From Guillardia theta CCMP2712 (lineage: Eukaryota > Protista > Cryptophyta), in NCBI RefSeq assembly GCF_000315625.1, contig NW_005434673.1, positions 1,256,011 to 1,320,010 on the forward strand: a DNA stretch of 64,000 nt, given 5' to 3'. The notes under the pieces were generated by a model. The model worked only from the letters and a program-made list of their open reading frames with translations. It did no database searches and was not told the origin of the DNA. Within the stretch, counting starts at the first letter, position 1, and each line of letters opens with the position of its first letter. Made by a program: the position numbers and the translations under genes. Positions 1 through 10,842 of the stretch are shown here, piece by piece.

Positions 1-119
1 AGGAGGAGGAGGAGGAGGAGTGGAGGAGGAGGAGGAGGAGGAGGAGGAGGAGGAGGAGGAGGAGGGGAAGGGCGGATAGAATTGCAAGAGTAAGAGGAGG
101 ACGAACAAGGTTTCACTTG

Positions 120-1086
120 CTACTCACATCAGTGTTCGCATCCCTTGACCAGCATGCTTCTGGGGTTGGCTCTGAATGAGATGTCACGCGGGAGTAGAGG
201 AGGAGGAGAAAGAGGAGGAGGGGAGGGCAAGGGGAGGGGAGGGAGGTAGGATCAAAGGGGGAGCGAAGCAAGCGGGGAAGAAGAGGAGGAGTGAAAGCTG
301 GGCGGAGATAGGAAGGAGTGCTGAAGGAAAGGAGGATAAGAAAGCACCTGGATACAGGTAGGAGCAGGAGAGCTTGACTTGAGGAGGATGATCAAACCAG
401 TAACGATTGATCTGAAGAGAAGGGAAAGCGGTGATACATGTAAGGGCAGAAAAATGAAGATGCGAATTGAGGTGGGTAGAAGGGGAGGGGAGAGGAGAGG
501 GCAGAAGAGGGCAGGAGAGGAGAGGAGAGGAGAAGAAAGAGAGGGAAAGGGGGGAGGATGGTAGAAGCAAAGCAGCAGGAAAGAGAATAGAGGGAAGGGG
601 AGGGGAAGGGGAGAAGGGAGATGAAAGAAGGAGTAAATCAATGGATGGAAGGTTATGAGTTCGCGGTGGGAAAGGAGAAACAGCAGCACCTGACTCTCGT
701 CATGAAAAATGGCAACAATGTCTTCCTCGAGATCTCTGCCAACAAAGAAGGAGCAAGAGAAGTCAAACAGGGAAGGACCAAGGAAGGGAAGGCAGAAGGA
801 AGGGAAGATGGAGAGAGGAGAGAAGGAGGGAGGAAAGGAGTGGAGAAGGGAATGGAGCAGAGGGAGGAACATGGTGAAGGACAAGATAGTTTGAGGGGAT
901 CGAGCAACAGAGGCAGAGGACGAGAAAGGAGATGAGAGCAGTGGGGAGGAGAGCAGGGGAAGGAATATGGTTGCGAGTATCAACTCACTGGTTCGTCCTC
1001 TTGACAAGTTCTTTGAGCATCTCAAGCACCTGCCCGGCTACTTTGTTACCTCCTCCTCCTCCTTACAACCCTCCTCATTCTTCTGT

Positions 1087-1131
<45 letters not shown>

Positions 1132-1516
1132 CCTCTTCTCTTCCTTCTCACCTTCTGGCTCCTTCCCCCATAGAAACCTCCTGCAAAGTAATGCCTGCCT
1201 TCCCCAGCTCGCATTCCAGCTGTGGACTAACGAAGGGAGGAGGTCAGGTCGAGCAGGAGGAGCAGTTCCTACCTCCTCCCGCTTCTCGTACACGGCTCGA
1301 GTGACCAGCGCCGCGTTGCCTGCACAGGATGCGAGTTAAGGGGAAGTAGCAGGAAGGGAGAGGAAGTTAGGAGCAAAGCGAGGACGGCGAAGGGGAGAGG
1401 ATCGTAGTGAGGAGCAAAATTTGAGGCAGTAGAGGCAGCAGAAATATTAGGATTGATGATGAGTACAAGGAGGAGCAGGAAGAAGCAGAGGAAAAGGAGA
1501 GAGGAGGGCGAAACAG

Positions 1517-1555
<39 letters not shown>

Positions 1556-4500
1556 AGGGCGAGGGAGAGGAAGGCTCAGGATGAGACACCATGATGCTGT
1601 CGCCACATGGTTCCTGGCTCGGCATTGACTGACCATGCCTTTTGGAAGCGTCCAACAACCTGAAGAGTTCTCAGAGAGGGGAGAGGAGAGGGAAGGAGAG
1701 GAGAGAAGGAGAGGAGAGAAGGAGAGGAGAGAAGGAGAGGAGAGGAGAGGAGAGGAGAGGAGAGGAGAGGAGAGGAGGAAGGTAAGAGATAGATAGGGAA
1801 AATCAAATATTTGCAGTCAAGCTATGTTTGCATTGACACTATGATTGATATCACTGAGGAGGGAGAAGGCGAGAAGGAGGAGGAAGAGAGAGAGACGGAG
1901 CTTTGACCTCACTGCCGTCATAGAATGCGTTGTCGGCATGCAAAGTTCCAACAGTTTCACCTGATACGCAATGTGGATGAGTAGAGAGGGGCGGTGAAGG
2001 AGGAGGTGAAGACAAGGATGCGACGGGAAGTAGGAAAGCGTTGGGAAGGGAAGAAGGGCAAGATGAAGCGAGGAGGAGAGAAGCAGACTGGAGGAGACAA
2101 GAAGGAGACGGGAGGAGGGGGGAGAGGGGAGTGAAGAGGAGGGGAGGAGAGGGGAGGAGCAAGGATTTGCAAGCAGAGTGGAAGAGTAGGCGTCGTCAAC
2201 ACCGAGGATTTCTTGTGAGACGTAAGAGACGAAGGAAACATCTGAAGCGCAAGTGAGGAGGAGGAACAACAGAGGTGACATGCTCAGCACTACCGACATC
2301 GACAGCAAACACATAGTCCATAGCTCCCCATAGCTCCGCGTGCTCTAGGTAGGAATGGGCGCGTCTGACAGCAAGCATGAAATGGATTGAGACTGGTTCA
2401 TCACCTACTTCATCGATGCTGATGGCCACCCGTCATGCTTCCTGTAGACAGCGTGGACCCTCCCGTCCTCCCATGGTCCTGCCAGCGTCTCACCAAGGAG
2501 GATCAGAGGGAGAGAGGGGAGGAGGGAGGAGGAAGAGATGCAGGAAGAGGAGGAGAGAGAAGGGGACGAAGAAAAAGAGAGGAGGCAGAAGAGGAGAAGG
2601 ATGGAGAAGAAGACGAGAAAAACTCTAAAGAGGAAGAGGAGAAGCAGAACAGAAAGGAGGAATGCAGGAGAGGAAGAATGAGGAGAAGGTCTTTTCGTTG
2701 TTGAGGAGGAACCAACTTGTGTCTTTGAGTTGCTCATGCACAGATGAAACCGAGTCTGTGAACACAAAGTAGTGCAGCTCGGCAATATCCTGCAAGCAAC
2801 CTTTCAGCATCAATCCCTTCCCTTCCCTTCCCATGCACAGATCTGAGAGCAGGCCATAAATCTACGATGATGACAACCAACAACATGTTGTATCCAGCAT
2901 CCTCACCCGCAGCAAGTAAGATTCAGCCGAGCTGACTGTTGACCTGTGCAAAAGGGTCACAAGGACGATGCGAAGAAGGTGCAACGACCGAACAAACGAC
3001 GCATATCTTCCGGATGCGACTGTCAGGATCCCAACTTTCAACAGCTGCTGGAACGTTGGTCAGATCTCGAGCTCCTCGACTGGCTGTGACGTTTCACTTG
3101 TGGGGCATGGGGCGTTCCGATGGCTTTCACTGCGACGTGCTTGTCATTGTGCGATCATCTTCTCTGCTACAAGTTTACCTGGACATGCTGCTCTTGCCTC
3201 TAGCCTCTTAGAAGTCTTGTCGTGCCTTGCAGCAGCTTTTCAGGAGTACATCACACTTAAAGTATTCCCTCACATCTCGAACAGCCTGACTTCGTCTCCT
3301 CTGCAAATATGATGTCAGTGGCAAGAATCGGCAGTTTGAGCCATCACGGACCTGCTGTATGTTGCTGAAGAAGCAAGGAAACGTTGGAGGTGCGCAATAC
3401 AAGCATGCGATTCAGCATGTGTTGGTGTATGCCAAATCGCATCTCTGGGATGGTTTGAGCGAGGTCAGAACATATGGAGATGACCTGTAGGCTTGTAGCG
3501 CTCCTATATAGTCCTTCTTGGCCATCAAAACTCTCCCAAGTGCTGCGAAAGGATTTAAATGATGGATGGGAGAAAGAAAGGAGGATCAAGATGAGGTTGA
3601 GAGAAGGACGGTGAGTAGAAGGAGAATGAGTTGTATTAGGAGGAAGAAGAGGGATGCGGCGACAATAATTTTGAAGACATCAGGATATTCTCAACCATTC
3701 TCATGGACAAAATCACGTTAAAACATCTCACATGCTAAAAGCCGTGGCATGGTTGCTCCGGGAGCGTTGGACATAGCAGATATCAGTCGAACATAACTTT
3801 GTTCTACAGACATTGTCAAACCACAGCGCTATCACCTGACATCTCACGACCTGACAAGTCCAGCTGGCCTCTCTCGTAATGCTGCTCATAGTCAACAAGA
3901 CATTTATCTTCATGTAACGAACTCTTTCTCACTTGAATTGCAACTCGTTCCATGTCATCGATTGTTGTCACGTTAGACAAGATGTTGACCTGATGCATCC
4001 TTCAGTCTCCTTTCTTCTCTTCCCTCCCCTCCCCTCCCTTCTTCTCTTTCTTCCCTCCTCCTATCTCTCTCCCTCTCCTCACATGCTCGGTATCATCCAG
4101 ATCCGGCGCCAGCATCCCATCGCCAACATAGAAGAATTCCTGAGCAGTCCGACCCTTAGTCTCATCATCACCCCATCATCGTCATCACCACACTATCATA
4201 CGCAACCGCCTCGTCCTCCTCCGTCAGTTGTACCTGGCGAACCCTCACAGCAACGAAGACGCTGCTCTCTGCTTACCTCCATCACATGATACCCTACTTG
4301 TAGCTGCGACATCTGCAAGCTGACCGCCCGCTCCTCCGTTCGGTACACCTCACGGCCATCCATGTACAGAATGACTCTGAGAGTAGGTCACTGTCCGCGT
4401 ACTCCAGCGCTCCTCCTCTCTCATCTCCTCCTTCCCTCCTTCCCTCCTCCCTCCCTCCTCCCTCCTCCCTCCTCCCTCCCTCACCTCGATCCTCTCCTGC

Positions 4501-4701
4501 TGCTCATGGCAGAGACTTCCAGTGGAACGACGTCTCCCTGCATCCACCTGAGGCCATGGTACGGACTTGAAGGAGCTTCACCCGCACGCGCTCCCCGTCC
4601 TCGGGTCTTGTAATGGTCACAGCCACGTCCTGCGAGTCGGTCCTATCCTCCGCTCCTCTCGCTTGCAAGAGCAGGAGGAGGAAGAATATAAGCCGCCGCA
4701 T
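120..4701 (-). CDS. Secreted or membrane glycosyltransferase family 6 (ABO/alpha-1,3-Gal(NAc)-transferase-like) with an uncharacterised N-terminal region; multi-exon, 3' end may run off the window
   Basis: Signal peptide MRRLIFFLLLLLQARGA at ATG 4701. Spliced exons give, in order: KVGILTVASGRYASFVR-STVSSAESYL (~2900-3045), ELHYFVFTD (~2760), WPSASMK-RAHSYLEHAELWGAMDYVFAVDV-DVSFVSYVSQEILG (2200-2470), ETVGTLHADNAFY (~1930), YEKREE-STAGMRAGEGRHYFAGGFYGG (1165-1295), DIVAIFHDESQ-INRYWFDHPPQVKLSCSYLYP (345-740). These are colinear with ABO motifs HYYVFTD, VDVD, GTLHP, YERR, YYLGGFFGG and WHDESHLNKY. Confidence 0.88.
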
Positions 4702-4726
4702 CGCTTTCCTTCTCTCCCCCTGCAAT

Positions 4727-6110
4727 CATGCGAGAAGGAGAAGACTGGAGAAACGACAAGGAGCAGGAGGGCAGGAGCAGAAGGCTGAGAGGAGGAGCTG
4801 TAAGGTAGGGTTCTGCCGATTCTGCAGCTTGAGCTGTTGACTGCCTTCACTGGGACGAAGAGGAGGGAGGGAGGGAGGGCAGGGAGGCGAGGGAGGGAGG
4901 CGAGGGAGGGAGGCGAGGGGANNNNNNNNNNNNNNNNNNNNNNNNNNNNNNNNNNNNNNNNNNNNNNNNNNNNNNNNNNNNNNNNNNNNNNNNNNNNNNN
5001 NNNNNNNNNNNNNNNNNNNNNGTGAAAGTCCACCGAGTACAGCATGAAATGGACGCCGGGGGGAAGGGAGGGGGGGAGGGGGGGAGGGGCAGGGGAGGGG
5101 GGAGGGGGGGTTAGGATGAGTCAAGGATCGAGGAAGCAAACGAGTGCTAGACCTGATCCCAACTCTTCACTAGCTTGTTCTACACTCTTGCCATCTTTCA
5201 CCATCAGTCTTGTCCCATCCTTGTACTTGTTGCCTTCCTCCTCCATCGCTCTCCTCCTGATGCCCTCATCCTGTGCTCTACCTGCTCGCACCCGTCCTCC
5301 ATCTGACCATCCATGCAGCACAGCGTCTTCATCCACATGGCTCATCCTCATCAGCGGTCAAAAGCTGCGGAGGGAAAGGCACTAGATGCAGAATCTTAAT
5401 AGTGATCAAAGACAGCTAGAAACCAATCCAGGGCTGATGAGCTCAAATTTCGGCTTGAGATGAAGGAGTCATAGCCCTAGTTAATGATATCCTGCTGATG
5501 ATAGCTCTTTTACAACATCTGCTAGAAGCAACTGCGAACATTTGTGGCTACGGTCATCTGACGGCAGCCACAAGTGACATCTGACCTGATACCTCGCAAT
5601 GGATCGCTGAAGACAAACTAAGTGGATTGAGGATGGATCATGAGAGAATGGCACCGACACAGACACATAACAAATCGACGATGTCGAGCACCATCATCGT
5701 GTCGTTTCAATGTCTTCGAGATGTAATTGGAATCGCCCAAGACAAGGCCTTTCAAAACGATCGACTGTGACATCACACTCCTGATAGAATTGTAGATGAT
5801 TCACATCATGCAATCAGGTGAGTAGGAAGTAACAGCGGGCAGGAGGAGCTGGAGCTAACATGAGTTTGCGAGATTCTTCTCCCTTTGAAGGATCAAGCCG
5901 ACGTTTTCTCGCAAGAAGAATGAGCGACATGTTCTTCGAGAGAACCAACTGTTCGATTGATACAAATTGTCTACGAGTATGTCACGTTGGTTTATTACAA
6001 GCTTGTTGATATTGAACAATTTTGTGTCGCTCTCTAGATTCGCACATCCATCCCTCTCGTAGGACATCAGGAGCGTTCGCCACCGCGGCTCTCCTATCCT
6101 AAGTCGAGAG
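4727..6110 (+). CDS. Possible spliced gene of unknown function, spanning an assembly gap
   Basis: Several GT..AG intron-like segments and open exon-like stretches (e.g. SRRFLARRMSDMFFERTNCSIDTNCLR). No recognisable domain; strand and structure uncertain. Confidence 0.25.
4922..5021. other. Assembly gap (100 N)
   Basis: Run of N. Confidence 1.
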
Positions 6111-6134
6111 CAAAGGCTTCGATGCTTCTTAAAG

Positions 6135-6647
6135 TTACTCGAGGAAGTACCGCCCTGAAAGCCTCCCCTCCTGCTCTGAAACTTCCAATACATCCCTCAT
6201 ATCCATTACTGGTAGACTGTTCCCTTCCACCTGCATACTGCCTTTCCTCCGATGGAAGGTCGGGAGCCTGACGCTCGTGAAGTTCCCGTCCCGGCTGATG
6301 GACTTGGCCAGGCACGCCCGCGCGCTCTTCCCCAGCCTCTCGTACGCTCCTCCGTCCGTCAGGCTGCCGTGCTGGTCGATGGATCGGAAGTGCGGGCCCT
6401 TGCACACCACGCCGAGGAGCCAAGCGGGGCAGGATCGATGGGTGAGGGTGATGACGGGGGCGGAGTCGGGGTCGGGGAGGGAGACGCTGGAGCAGCTTGC
6501 GGAGAAGGGTCCTCGGGCCCAGCTTTTTCTGCGTCTGTTTTGCTGTTCAAAAGAGAAGGAGCGGGAGGAGGGGGTAGGGCAGACGAGGGTGCATCGTCTG
6601 TGAGAGGGATAAATGCCATGATGGCTAGATCGGAGCGAGGGAGACAT
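6135..6647 (-). CDS. Orphan small-protein family, copy 1 (~170 aa, intronless)
   Basis: Frame ending RLSGRYFLE*. Differences from copies 2/3 outside the core are largely synonymous or conservative in this frame (CTT/CTA, CTC/TTG, TAA/TAG, CGC/CGA, AGA/CGT, GAA/GAC). Confidence 0.65.
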   Translation of the reverse strand: MSPSLRSSHHGIYPSHRRCTLVCPTPSSRSFSFEQQNRRRKSWARGPFSASCSSVSLPDPDSAPVITLTHRSCPAWLLGVVCKGPHFRSIDQHGSLTDGGAYERLGKSARACLAKSISRDGNFTSVRLPTFHRRKGSMQVEGNSLPVMDMRDVLEVSEQEGRLSGRYFLE

Positions 6648-7019
6648 GATGTTGCGAGAGGAGACAAGTGGGAGAGACGAGGAAAGGGGAGGGTGGCAAG
6701 GAACAGATCAGAGCTTGCTTTAAGAGGGAGGGTGCAGGGGCGGGATAAGAATTAGTGTTTTGGAACTGGTTTCTTGTCAGCAAGTCACGAGGGGCCTACC
6801 AGTGGAATAAAGCAGTCACGCGTACAAACTAACTTAACGTCAGCACTTTGCGAGATGACCGGAGATCCTTGCCGACGTGACCGGCTGTCTTGCGACGGTC
6901 AGAACTGTCGCCACATTTAACTAATCCTGATCGTGGTACAGCGTTAAGCCCAGTTTTTTATCAGTTTTTACCTATATCCACCGTCCTGACAGGCTCTGAG
7001 TGACATGAGATGTTAAAAC

Positions 7020-7480
7020 ACTGGGGCACGAGTAGCACCTGCGGCATCACACTGACTGGTCACGGTTTGACTGATATCTGGCTCGCAGAGTCCCGGACTC
7101 GCCGTGAACGGAGGCAGGCTGAGGCCTGCTGATCTCGTGACTCCGAGGCTCTCCGGCGGCTGACCTTGGCAACTTAGCTTTCGTGCTCCCGTGAGCCATG
7201 CAAAAATCATGCGGCTGGATGGCCTCATAAAGAAGGCCTCATGATGATGGTTTCCTTGTTTCCAAGTGAAGTTTTAAACTGAGTTCTTGGCCCTGCTAGC
7301 CTGTCCGTCAAAGTGAACGCCGCTGCGGGCCGCCCGGCGCCCTTTGTCCGGCCTGGGTACCGTGCCGTAGTACGCCGAGGCTCGTGCGGTACTAGCGGCA
7401 TTACCACTTGAAGCCTGAAGCCTGCCACTCACTCCCTGGCACCGCACTGGCTGCCGCAGTGCCAGCCTGCAGTAGGTCAC
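7020..7480. repeat. GC-rich intergenic island (palindromic-word class)
   Basis: Shares words CTCGTGAC, GAGGCTCTC, GGCAACTT, CGTAGTACG and GGTACCG with 9850-10800. Confidence 0.5.
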
Positions 7481-7653
7481 GCCTTAGCAACATTGGAATG
7501 CTGCAAACGATGTCATCAGTAGGCGAACTTCAAGACAGTGAGCCTTGACGGATCTATCAATCGATCAGCCCCCAGATCACATGATGGCGTGACAAGGTCA
7601 AAGTTCTGTCAGTTGAAAGTCTGACACGTTCTTAAGTCGTTTTATTGAAAGCC

Positions 7654-8184
7654 CTACTCCAAGAAGTACCGCCCTGATAGCCCCTCCTCCTCTCCCCCTT
7701 CATCGTACGGCGCCTCCTCCCCGTTGCTTCCCTCTCTTGTAGCTACGCTGCTCCCCTCCCGGCCCCCGCACTCCAGCTCCTGATGGAAGGTCGGGAGCCT
7801 GACGCTCGTGAAGTTCCCGTCCCGGCTGATGGACTTGGCCAGGCACGCCCGCGCGCTCTTCCCCAGCCTCTCGTACGCTCCTCCGTCCGTCAGGCTGCCG
7901 TGCTGGTCGATGGATCGGAAGTGCGGGCCCTTGCACACCACGCCGAGGAGCCAAGCGGGGCAGGATCGATGGGTGAGGGTGATGACGGGGGCGGAGTCGG
8001 GGTCGGGGAGGGAGACGCTGGAGCAGCTTGCGGAGAAGGGTCCTCGGGCCCAGCTGCTACGTCGTCTTTGGGACTGGTCGAGGGAGAAGGAGCGGGACGA
8101 GGGATCAGGGCAGGCAGGACGCGCGGAGTTGCGAGCAGTCTGGTTGTTCTTTTCGCGGCGGCAGGCGCTAGCTGTAGCAGGCAT
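7654..8184 (-). CDS. Orphan small-protein family, copy 2 (176 aa)
   Basis: ATG-initiated ORF MPATAS...SSRSFSLDQ...WLLGVVCKGPHF...SVRLPTFHQ...GLSGRYFLE*. AATAAA lies just after the stop. Confidence 0.7.
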   Translation of the reverse strand: MPATASACRREKNNQTARNSARPACPDPSSRSFSLDQSQRRRSSWARGPFSASCSSVSLPDPDSAPVITLTHRSCPAWLLGVVCKGPHFRSIDQHGSLTDGGAYERLGKSARACLAKSISRDGNFTSVRLPTFHQELECGGREGSSVATREGSNGEEAPYDEGGEEEGLSGRYFLE

Positions 8185-8899
8185 CTATCGATTGCTTTGA
8201 CCACTTTGATCGATCGTATGTTTTGCAGGAGTTTGAGCACAAGAGAAGAGCAGAGAAGCGAAGCAGAGCAAGCGGGATGCGGGATTGGTTTCTCTTCCGG
8301 TCAGCTTGGGATATCACAGAGGAGCAAAAAGGAGGCCGGGGGGGAGGGTCCGTTGTTAAAGCCGCAGTTAAGACCTGTCACGGAACAAGTAAATGGCCCC
8401 ATGCACCTCTCATTTAATGGTGCCCCTCGCCTTCCGGTATTTCCCTCAGTGAGGCGGACTGCCTCGAAGGCGAGTCGTCCGCGAGCAGAGGCAAGTCAGC
8501 CTCAGCGGCTGACGTCACCCTGGTGGAGTCCATGGCAACCTGCGCAGCGCGACAGAAGTCGGAGCCGCCGCTTCAGTACTGTGACGATCATCGCCAGTAT
8601 CTGCGATGAGTCGATCGATGAGTCTGGCCAGCATATGGCTCTGGGCCTTTTTACTCTTCACGGTAGCTCGCGGCATTGGCTTCTTTCCTGACACGAGTCC
8701 GACAGCACTGAGTGCTTCTTTCTTCTCAGCATGCTTCAATGATCTTCGATTCTCCATGAGGCAGCCCATGTCGTTCAGGTTGCCGCCGATTCGGCAGATC
8801 AGTCGTTACTAGGATCTCGCTCCTGTCGATTTTTGCTCATCAAGTCCAAAGAAACAATTCATAAAACAAATACAAGGCCGCTCTGCTTCCCGGTGCCCC

Positions 8900-9038
8900 C
8901 CGGCAGCTGCTCTTCTACCAAGCTCATACTAGACCAAAACAGCCTCCTACTGTAACCGATGTATCGCAACAAATCACCACCGCCCAGAGCTGACACTGTA
9001 CCTCTCTCCGCTCTGATCCCTCCTCCCGCTCCTTCTCC
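8900..9038 (+). pseudogene. Inverted 5' fragment of orphan family copy 3
   Basis: 8942-9038 is a reverse-complement match to 9502-9580 (gcctcctactgtaaccgatgta...tgtacctctctccgctctgatccctc.tcccgctccttctcc), with indels and a stop. Confidence 0.75.
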
Positions 9039-9072
9039 GCTCACACGTTCTCAAGTCGTTTTATTGAAAGCC

Positions 9073-9582
9073 CTACTCCAAGAAGTACCGCCCTGATAGC
9101 CCCTCCTCCTCCCCCCCTTCATCGTACGGCGCCTCCTCCCCATTGCTTCCCTCTCTTGTAGCTACGCTGCTCCCCTCCCGGCCCCCGCGCTCCAGCTCCT
9201 GATGGAAGGTCGGGAGCCTGACGCTCGTGAAGTTCCCGTCCCGGCTGATGGACTTGGCCAGGCACGCCCGCGCGCTCTTCCCCAGCCTCTCGTACGCTCC
9301 TCCGTCCGTCAGGCAGCCGTGCTGGTCGATGGATCGGAAGTGCGGGCCCTTGCACACCACGCCGAGGAGCCAAGCGGGGCAGGATCGATGGGTGAGGGTG
9401 ATGACGGGGGCGGAGTCGGGGTCGGGGAGGGAGACGCTGGAGCAGCTTGCGGAGAAGGGTCCTCGGGCCCAGCTGCTACGTCGTCTTTGGGACTGGTCGA
9501 GGGAGAAGGAGCGGGACGAGGGATCAGAGCGGAGAGAGGTACAACGGTTCTGGGCGGGTACATCGGTTACAGTAGGAGGCAT
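9073..9582 (-). CDS. Orphan small-protein family, copy 3 (~169 aa)
   Basis: MPPTVTDVPAQNRCTSLRSDPSSRSFS...GLSGRYFLE*. Nearly identical to copy 2 over ~9044-9528. Confidence 0.7.
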   Translation of the reverse strand: MPPTVTDVPAQNRCTSLRSDPSSRSFSLDQSQRRRSSWARGPFSASCSSVSLPDPDSAPVITLTHRSCPAWLLGVVCKGPHFRSIDQHGCLTDGGAYERLGKSARACLAKSISRDGNFTSVRLPTFHQELERGGREGSSVATREGSNGEEAPYDEGGEEEGLSGRYFLE

Positions 9583-9849
9583 GGCAAGCGCATGCAGGAA
9601 GGAACAGGTGATGTAGAGCTGTTTTGAAGCAAGAAGACCAGTACTGTGAGCTTGGCAGGAGAAGGGCAGAGGGGCAGCGTGAAGCACAGTGGTGATGAAT
9701 TTTTGATTCGAGGGGAGGGAGAGGAATTTTTGTCAGCAGGTCACGAGGGAGTTATAAGTTGAGACCTTTTTCTCCGTGTCATGGTGCGATTGGGTGGCCG
9801 TAAGGAAGTTTGAAGGTCGTAATGTTTCATGCTGACGGTCGAACCTCGT

Positions 9850-10800
9850 GATCCGGTCACGGGGCCCACGCAGTGACAGCATTCTTTTCAGTGGGGCCCG
9901 TGGCAACTTGGCAACGAGAAGTACGGTCCAGCGTGACTTGCCGGATGGAAGGACTCGTGACAGACAACTGAGGCTCTCAGGCTTTTACACTGAGAGCCGG
10001 CGGCCGGGGCCCCCGGGCCTCAATGAATCTGGACTCCCCGGCGGCCGCGCTCCGCGGCCCGGCCGCCGGGTGTTGACTCAGGCCCGGCTCCGAGCGCCGG
10101 GCCGCCGCACGGCGTAGTACGGTAGCTGCCGCTGCTACTAGGCTAGACTCGAGTAGTCTCTGCCCGGCAGTGCGGCACCGCCGGCCGCCGGACGGTCAGC
10201 TGGCACCGTCTCAGCCTCGAGTCCGGCAAGTGACAGTGGCCGGGCACTGGCATGACAGTCCGATAACGGATGGCATACTGCGATACACCGCCCGGGCCCC
10301 GGCGGCTTGCACTCAGTGCAGCTCAGCGGCTGCCGGCCCGGCGGACTCGGACTCCGGACTCGCGGCGGCGGACGGTCGGATGATGCCGAAGTGCCCCGCT
10401 CGGCCCGGCCCGGCCGGCGCCCGGCGGAGCGCGGAGGCTGCTGAGCCCGGACGCCGGGGCGGCGTGATCGGTGATCGCTCCGCGGCCGCGGCGTCCACGG
10501 TCACTGATGCCAGAGATCGGCATCAGCGGCACTGCCGCACTGCAGTGCGGCACACGGTCACTGCCACCAGGAACACGGTACTATACTACCGGGCCCGCAT
10601 GGTGGCCGGGGGCCGAATCAGTGATAGAGCACTCAGTGATAGATAGAGCTCACCGGGAGTCCGACTCAGTAGTGATAGAGTGTCGCTGCCGTCACGTGGT
10701 ACGGTACCGGCCCCCGGGCCCGGCGGCCGCGGGGGCCGCCGGCGGAGGGCGGTACCGTAAACTTTTACTCAAAGTTAAGTTAAAAATCAGTCAACACTGT
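9850..10800. repeat. GC-rich intergenic island (palindromic-word class)
   Basis: Very GC-rich, dense in CCGG/GGCC/GTAC/ACTCAG/TACGGTAC. No credible ORF. Ends in an AT-rich 30-bp motif. Confidence 0.65.
10762..10791 (+). promoter_or_regulatory. Conserved 30-bp motif CTTTTACTCAAAGTTAAGTTAAAAATCAGT
   Basis: 28/30 identical to the reverse complement of 13480-13509. Function unknown. Confidence 0.5.
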
Positions 10801-10842
10801 AAAACCGTGACGGTCATACATTTCTTGACTCAAAGTCGGACA

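Noticed and set aside
621-1339. Plus-strand ORFs resembling a PH-domain fragment
   Set aside because: The same bases encode clear GT6 motifs on the minus strand.
6252-9627. Alternative frames and + strand ORFs in the three-copy repeat (MKFPSRLMDL..., MEGREPDARE..., Pro-rich frame)
   Set aside because: The synonymous-substitution pattern and conserved stop favour the minus frame ending GRYFLE.
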